From NCBI RefSeq assembly GCF_022846255.1, contig NZ_AP025682.1: a DNA stretch of 64,000 bases; one strand, written 5' to 3'. Positions 57,750 to 64,000 of this stretch are shown here, piece by piece. A program made the translations under genes and the position numbers. The DNA is from Escherichia coli (lineage in GTDB: Bacteria > Pseudomonadota > Gammaproteobacteria > Enterobacterales > Enterobacteriaceae). The notes beneath the pieces were generated by a model that ran no database searches, was not told the origin of the DNA, and saw nothing but the letters and a program-made list of their open reading frames with translations. The stretch's first letter is position 1. The number at the start of each line of letters is the position of its first letter.

Positions 57750-57773
57750 GCCCGCTGTTTTGGCGGGCTTTTT
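57750..57773 (+). terminator. rho-independent terminator of ompN
   Basis: GCCCGC...GCGGGC hairpin followed by TTTTT just after the ompN stop. Confidence 0.6.
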
Positions 57774-57800
57774 CTGCCTATTCATCCTCCTTTGATCTAA

Positions 57801-58316
<516 letters not shown>

Positions 58317-58323
58317 CACTAAC

Positions 58324-58348
58324 GCCCGCACATTGCTGCGGGCTTTTT
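58324..58348 (+). terminator. rho-independent terminator of uspF
   Basis: GCCCGCA-CATTGC-TGCGGGC followed by TTTTT. Confidence 0.65.
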
Positions 58349-58502
58349 GATTCATTTCGCAAATGTGCTGACATTTTCCCCTCTAATCATTACAATTTAA
58401 ATTTATGAATTATGCATTGATAATCGCTATTATAATATCGTTCCCTGTGCATTATTATCAGTTTTTCTGGTATTAAAAGACTGGGCGCTAATAGGAGATG
58501 CA

Positions 58503-59004
58503 ATGAACCACGCAATGTTTCCTGGCATAGTTCTAGCCTGGATTATAGGTATGCCGCTGGGAATTGGTGCATTTATTGTAGGACTGTCTTGTGCAATTGC
58601 AACTGGCTATCTGAAAGATAATAGCATCATAAAGAAAGATACCATTATAGGTATCGTTTTTTCAGGAATTTTTGTCTTGACTATCAACAGGCACAAGTCA
58701 GCGGATTACAGATATCATTATTACATTACAGTTTACTCTGCATGGTATCGCCTACCATTTTTGCCACATTAAAAGCAGTCGGAATTATTCTGTCTATATA
58801 CTATTAACAGCTCCAGGGTCTATTGCTGTCCTCACCACGCGTCGCTTTCATAAGGCATTACTTATCGCCGTAACGATATCAATAACAATATCAGGCGTAT
58901 GGTTATTATATTTTCTCGACAGAGCCCCAGCGCCGACAATCGTCCTCTTATTTGCTGTAGCATTTCTTTTCGCGCTGATAATAATCAATTTTCGGAAACA
59001 ATAA
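58503..59004 (+). pseudogene. membrane protein remnant resembling the C-terminal half of an ABC-3 family (ZnuB/MntB/SitD-type) metal-transport permease; two frameshifts
   Basis: AGGAG-ATG start, then hydrophobic reading continues through three frames; final frame ends ...FLDRAPAPTIVLLFAVAFLFALIIINFRKQ, like the conserved ABC-3 permease C-terminus; AT-rich codon usage. Confidence 0.45.
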
Positions 59005-59283
59005 TCTCAACAGTAGAATAAAGAGGCAAATCAATCATTACATATATAAGATGGTGCTAATATTGTACCGCCTTTAAATTGAATTTTATCCTTTCACCCT
59101 TACACAATTTAAGGAATGCAGATGACTATTTTATCAGCTCCCAGCCTTTTTCCTGGTAATCGAAAACTTGAAAATCATTAACTCTAAGAAATTCTGCCAA
59201 ATCGTTGAAATTACTTTAAATTAGACTCGAACAAATCAACCCCTGATGGGGCTTTTACTTATCAATTTAATCGTGTAGATATC

Positions 59284-59331
59284 GACCTCCATCTGCCCGC
59301 CTCAGATTCGTACCTGGTGGAGGTCTTTTTT
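59284..59331 (+). terminator. orphan terminator-like hairpin with U-tract in the AT-rich remnant region
   Basis: GACCTCCA...TGGAGGTC 8-10 bp stem followed by TTTTTT; a second small hairpin (CCCCTGATGGGG) lies about 40 nt upstream; no annotated gene ends here. Confidence 0.4.
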
Positions 59332-59392
59332 CGTTGCCTCTTTCCCCCTTTAGTTCAGTATAAAATCATCAAACTAATGCTGTTCACACTAT

Positions 59393-59572
59393 TTACCTCC
59401 AGCATTCTATATAAATAATAGAAATAAAAACCCCAATACATAGTGCATTGGCATGACCAAACATCAATGCCATTATACTCGCCTCTGTTAAATACTCGCT
59501 AGTTAATATGATAGGCACGCATGATATAACAATCCATATGCTAATACATAAATACACCAGTATTTTTCTCAT
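59393..59572 (-). CDS. candidate small membrane protein (59 aa), AT-rich, unknown function
   Basis: Hand translation: MRKILVYLCISIWIVISCVPIILTSEYLTEASIMALMFGHANALCIGVFISIIYIECWR; AGGGA RBS-like 7 nt upstream; two hydrophobic segments; below ORF-track cut-off. Confidence 0.3.
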   Translation of the reverse strand: MRKILVYLCISIWIVISCVPIILTSEYLTEASIMALMFGHANALCIGVFISIIYIECWR

Positions 59573-60279
59573 AGTCAGTCCCTGTGATTAACAACAAGGC
59601 ATAGTTAAACATATTTCACATTCAAACGTAAACATTATTAATAAAATTCTGTCAATCAAACTGACATCACGATTCAAGCCCTCTTCAAACTGAAGGTTAG
59701 AGCAGCGTAGAACATTTCAAAACAATACACTAAAAAAATACCCGAACAAAAAACTTAATTCTTTTTTATTGTGAACTTTAGTAATTTTGCCATGCAACTC
59801 TTTATTACATTTAGGCCTATCTTATTTCATGGCAACGCAGATACAGGACCATTTCTTGTGCTATGGATAAGTAATAAGCTAGTTACATCTTTTTAAGAGA
59901 ACCATTTTCACATATCAAGATATCATCACCACCCACAATGAATTAAGTATTTTTCTTATTCTTTAGATTAGATGCGTAATGAATCCCTAACTCCATTCGG
60001 GCGTTATGGCTCTTTCATTTGAAATACATTCATATCCAATGTAATATTTCCATGCGCAAATATAACTACCGACCATACTCATCATTTATTACAGAGAATT
60101 ATTTTATTCACCGAAAAGTTTCACAAAATATCCCCTGATAGAAAACTAAAAAACACTGCATAATATCGCTATTCTGGCACTTGCGAAAAATTATATTCTG
60201 CACCTGTTGTAGCGTTCTATTTCTCCGCCTGGCAACGAATGCACAATGTCCGCCACAGTTTCTGTTCTAATTTCTTCCT

Positions 60280-60588
60280 GTGTTACCGCATCCTGTACGG
60301 GTAGCGCAACACCAGCATGCTAAGCAAGGCTTTCCCATCAGATTTCACTACGACTATTTGGGAGCGAGATGGAATGCAGCAGTAAAACGTGCTGGTATTC
60401 GCCGCCGTAATCCGTACCATACGCGACATACTTTTGCCTGCTGGCTGTTGACGGCAGGAGCGAACCCGGCATTTATAGCCAGCCAGATGGGGCATGAAAC
60501 TGCGCAGATGGTGTATGAAATTTACGGTATGTGGATTGATGACATGAACGACGAACAGGTAGCCATGTTAAATGCGCGGTTATCGTAG
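60280..60588 (+). pseudogene. phage tyrosine integrase, C-terminal fragment (Rac-type integrase remnant)
   Basis: ORF carries the integrase C-terminal catalytic region (...HTRHTFACWLLTAGANPAFIASQMGHETAQMVYEIY...); no N-terminal or core-binding domain; directly upstream of ttcA. Confidence 0.7.
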
Positions 60589-60639
60589 TTGCAAAGTTTG
60601 CCCTCAATATGCCCCACTTAGTACCAGAGAACTGAAATA

Positions 60640-61575
60640 ATGCAAGAAAATCAACAAATTACAAAGAAAGAACAATACAACCTGAACAAATTACAAAAAC
60701 GTCTGCGTCGTAACGTGGGCGAAGCCATTGCTGACTTCAATATGATTGAAGAAGGCGATCGCATCATGGTTTGCCTCTCCGGGGGTAAAGACAGCTATAC
60801 CATGCTGGAGATTCTGCGCAATTTGCAGCAAAGCGCGCCAATCAATTTTTCGCTGGTGGCTGTTAACCTCGATCAAAAGCAACCGGGCTTCCCGGAACAC
60901 GTTCTGCCCGAGTATCTTGAAAAGCTGGGCGTTGAGTACAAGATTGTTGAAGAGAACACTTACGGTATCGTGAAAGAGAAGATTCCGGAGGGCAAAACCA
61001 CTTGCTCACTGTGTTCTCGCCTGCGTCGCGGTATCCTTTATCGTACCGCAACGGAACTAGGGGCGACGAAGATCGCACTGGGTCACCATCGTGACGATAT
61101 CCTGCAAACGCTGTTCTTAAATATGTTCTACGGTGGCAAGATGAAAGGTATGCCTCCGAAACTGATGAGCGATGATGGCAAACATATCGTGATCCGTCCG
61201 CTGGCCTACTGCCGCGAGAAAGATATTCAGCGCTTTGCCGATGCAAAAGCGTTCCCGATTATTCCGTGCAACCTGTGCGGTTCACAGCCTAACCTGCAAC
61301 GTCAGGTGATTGCTGACATGTTGCGTGACTGGGATAAACGTTATCCGGGGCGTATCGAGACGATGTTCAGCGCAATGCAGAATGTGGTGCCGTCGCATCT
61401 GTGCGATACCAACCTGTTCGATTTCAAAGGCATTACCCACGGTTCTGAAGTGGTTAACGGGGGTGATCTGGCGTTTGATCGCGAAGAGATCCCACTACAA
61501 CCAGCGGGCTGGCAGCCTGAAGAAGATGAAAATCAGTTGGATGAGTTACGGCTGAATGTGGTTGAAGTGAAATAA
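60640..61575 (+). CDS. ttcA: tRNA-cytidine(32) 2-sulfurtransferase TtcA (311 aa)
   Basis: ORF track; PP-loop motif SGGKDS and CxxC pairs. Confidence 0.93.
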   Translation: MQENQQITKKEQYNLNKLQKRLRRNVGEAIADFNMIEEGDRIMVCLSGGKDSYTMLEILRNLQQSAPINFSLVAVNLDQKQPGFPEHVLPEYLEKLGVEYKIVEENTYGIVKEKIPEGKTTCSLCSRLRRGILYRTATELGATKIALGHHRDDILQTLFLNMFYGGKMKGMPPKLMSDDGKHIVIRPLAYCREKDIQRFADAKAFPIIPCNLCGSQPNLQRQVIADMLRDWDKRYPGRIETMFSAMQNVVPSHLCDTNLFDFKGITHGSEVVNGGDLAFDREEIPLQPAGWQPEEDENQLDELRLNVVEVK

Positions 61576-61660
61576 CCCGGATAGCGCCCGATGCGCAAGC
61601 GTATCGGGCTACTCTTATGGAGGCCGGATAAGACGCGGCCAGCGTCACATCCGGCAATGC
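61576..61660. repeat. REP/BIME cluster between ttcA and dbpA
   Basis: Palindromic units CCCGATGCGCAAGCGTATCGGG and GGCCGGATAAGACGCGGCCAGCGTCACATCCGGCA in the convergent intergenic region. Confidence 0.6.
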
Positions 61661-61703
61661 CGAAGAAGATGTTTACTCTTGCACCCTGCAATTCAACATT
61701 TCA

Positions 61704-63077
61704 TTATTTTAATAACCGCACCCGGCACGTTTTTCCTTTAATCTTCCCACCCTGTAGCTGTTTCCATGCTTTATGAGCAACAGCCTGACGCACCGCGACA
61801 TAGACATGCGCCGGATGCACGGCAATTTTGCCAATATCTGCGCCATCAAGCCCGATGTCTCCTGTCAGCGCACCTAATACATCACCCGGGCGCATTTTGG
61901 CTTTTTTCCCGCCATCGATACACAACGTTGCCATTTCTGCTTTCAGCGGCACAATGGAACTATTTGCTGGCGGCGTTTGCCAGTTAAGTTTTATCTGCAA
62001 CATGTCAGAAATGATATTGGCCCGCTGTGCTTCTTCCGGGGCACAGAAACTGATCGCCAGACCGCTATTTCCTGCACGAGCTGTACGACCGATGCGATGT
62101 ACATGAACTTCAGGGTCCCACGCCAGCTCAAAGTTCACCACCAGCTCAAGCGATTTTATATCCAGACCACGCGCAGCAACATCAGTCGCGACCAGTACAC
62201 GGGCGCTACCGTTAGCAAAACGTACCAGGGTCTGATCGCGATCGCGTTGCTCCAGATCGCCGTGTAACGACAATGCACTTTGCCCTACTTCATTCAGCGC
62301 GTCACAGACAGCCTGGCAATCTTTTTTGGTATTGCAAAACACCACGCAAGAGGATGGCTGATGCAAGCTTAATAACCGTTGCAACAGAGGAATTTTGCCT
62401 TTGCTGGATGTCTCATAAAATTGTTGTTCAATAGGTGGCAGAGCATCTGTTGAGTCAATTTCAATCGCTAAAGGATCGCGTTGCACTCTTCCGCTGATTG
62501 CGGCAATGGCTTCCGGCCAGGTTGCCGAAAACAGAAGTGTCTGCCGAGATGCTGGCGCAAAACGGATGACATCATCAATGGCGTCACTAAATCCCATATC
62601 CAGCATGCGGTCGGCCTCATCCATCACCAGCGTATTCAACGCATCCAGTGATACAGTGCCTTTTTGCAGGTGATCCAGCAAACGGCCCGGCGTTGCCACG
62701 ATAATATGCGGCGCATGTTGCAACGAATCACGCTGCATACCGAACGGTTGACCACCGCACAACGTCAAAATTTTGGTATTTAGCAGAAAACGCGCCAGCC
62801 GACGCAATTCACCTGCCACCTGATCCGCCAGTTCACGCGTAGGACACAGCACTAAACCCTGGGTTTGAAATAGCGACACATCAATTTGCTGTAACAAGCC
62901 GAGGCCAAAAGCCGCCGTTTTGCCGCTGCCGGTTTTCGCCCGCACGCGAACATCTTTTCCGGCAAGGATCGCCGGAAGCGCGGCGGCCTGCACCGGCGTC
63001 ATGGTTAAATAACCCAACTCATTAAGGTTTGTGAGTTGGGCGGGAGGCAAAACATTCAGGGTAGAAAAAGCGGTCAC
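61704..63077 (-). CDS. dbpA: ATP-dependent RNA helicase DbpA (DEAD-box, 23S rRNA hairpin-92 specific), 457 aa
   Basis: ORF track; motifs AKTGSGKT, DEAD, SAT and C-terminal RNA-binding domain. Confidence 0.95.
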   Translation of the reverse strand: MTAFSTLNVLPPAQLTNLNELGYLTMTPVQAAALPAILAGKDVRVRAKTGSGKTAAFGLGLLQQIDVSLFQTQGLVLCPTRELADQVAGELRRLARFLLNTKILTLCGGQPFGMQRDSLQHAPHIIVATPGRLLDHLQKGTVSLDALNTLVMDEADRMLDMGFSDAIDDVIRFAPASRQTLLFSATWPEAIAAISGRVQRDPLAIEIDSTDALPPIEQQFYETSSKGKIPLLQRLLSLHQPSSCVVFCNTKKDCQAVCDALNEVGQSALSLHGDLEQRDRDQTLVRFANGSARVLVATDVAARGLDIKSLELVVNFELAWDPEVHVHRIGRTARAGNSGLAISFCAPEEAQRANIISDMLQIKLNWQTPPANSSIVPLKAEMATLCIDGGKKAKMRPGDVLGALTGDIGLDGADIGKIAVHPAHVYVAVRQAVAHKAWKQLQGGKIKGKTCRVRLLK

Positions 63078-63106
63078 AATCTATTCTCGTGGTCATCGAC
63101 GCAAAG

Positions 63107-63280
63107 TCAGCAGGCGCGTATCCTCGCAGATCTACGCTCACGATGCGACAATTTAATCGGTTCTTCATCGGGTGGTGGGTCAGGCATGGGTTGCGGGCGA
63201 GGGATCGGATCAGGTACTGGAACAGGATCGCCAGGAATCGGTTCAGGGACAGGAATTTGCAAATAAATAAGTGTCGTCAT
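63107..63280 (-). CDS. candidate proline-rich small protein (57 aa) immediately upstream of dbpA
   Basis: ATG at 63280-63278 preceded by GGAGGG; translation MTTLIYLQIPVPEPIPGDPVPVPDPIPRPQPMPDPPPDEEPIKLSHRERRSARIRAC; stop 29 nt before dbpA start; below ORF-track cut-off. Confidence 0.4.
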   Translation of the reverse strand: MTTLIYLQIPVPEPIPGDPVPVPDPIPRPQPMPDPPPDEEPIKLSHRERRSARIRAC

Positions 63281-63554
63281 ATTTCCCTCCGGTCATTGGG
63301 TGGACTCTTAAAGGGTAGACGCTGATAAATAACAGGCAAAAAAAAGCCGACTCATCAAAGTCGGCGTCGTACGAATCAATTGTGCTATGCAGTAATTCAA
63401 AAAAGGAAGTAAGACAATATGGAGCGCAACGCCCATCGCTTGACGTTGCATTCACCTGCAAGAGAGATATTGCCCTGAATGGGTAGAGAGTTTATTGACT
63501 TCGCTCAAACTTTACGGCGTTTTTGTATACAGATAGCCGGAAAAATTGCTTTTG

Positions 63555-64000
<446 letters not shown>

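Noticed and set aside
59122-59181. 19-codon ORF (MTILSAPSLFPGNRKLENH) with AAGGA upstream in the AT-rich remnant
   Set aside because: No conservation evidence available and AT-rich DNA produces many short ORFs.
63036-63266. Gly-rich ORF (...GSGMGCGRGIGSGTGTGSPGIGSGTGICK) on the plus strand upstream of dbpA
   Set aside because: It is the mirror reading of the proline-rich minus-strand ORF over the same 6-nt repeat; the minus-strand frame has the better RBS and ATG. Briefly considered as a microcin-like peptide, but there is no leader or processing genes.
63243-63461. 72-aa minus-strand ORF overlapping the proline-rich candidate
   Set aside because: TTG start without an SD, different frame, no recognisable features.

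Overview
This window reads as a well-characterised Escherichia coli chromosomal segment, matching the K-12 region ansP to zntB (roughly b1453 down to b1342) in reverse orientation. I found no convincing novel multi-gene system; no CRISPR array, tRNA or rRNA was found. Nearly every large ORF matches a known E. coli gene: ansP, yncE, yncD, mcbR, curA, mnaT, the ydcSTUV-patD transporter cluster with its MocR-type regulator ydcR, rlhA, sutR, ydcO, tehAB, opgD, trg, aldA, hrpA, azoR, ydbH-ynbE-ydbL, ldhA, hslJ, ydbK, ompN, uspF, ttcA and dbpA. I also located several features below the ORF-track size cut-off by reading the sequence: the sRNAs rydC and micC, the hokB/mokB toxin locus, and the small proteins ydcA and yncL. 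Gene identities and all comparisons to K-12 are from memory of the reference genome, not from a database search. The accessory content is: a partial ISAs1-family transposase at the left edge, an IS200/IS605-family element with intact TnpB and decayed tnpA, a truncated hicB, a degenerate prophage-integration remnant next to ttcA, and several apparent gene-content differences from K-12. The loci most worth a second look are the remnant between uspF and ttcA, a proline-rich 57-codon ORF just upstream of dbpA, and the TnpB element. Coordinates taken from the ORF track are firm; hand-read small features may be off by a few bases.
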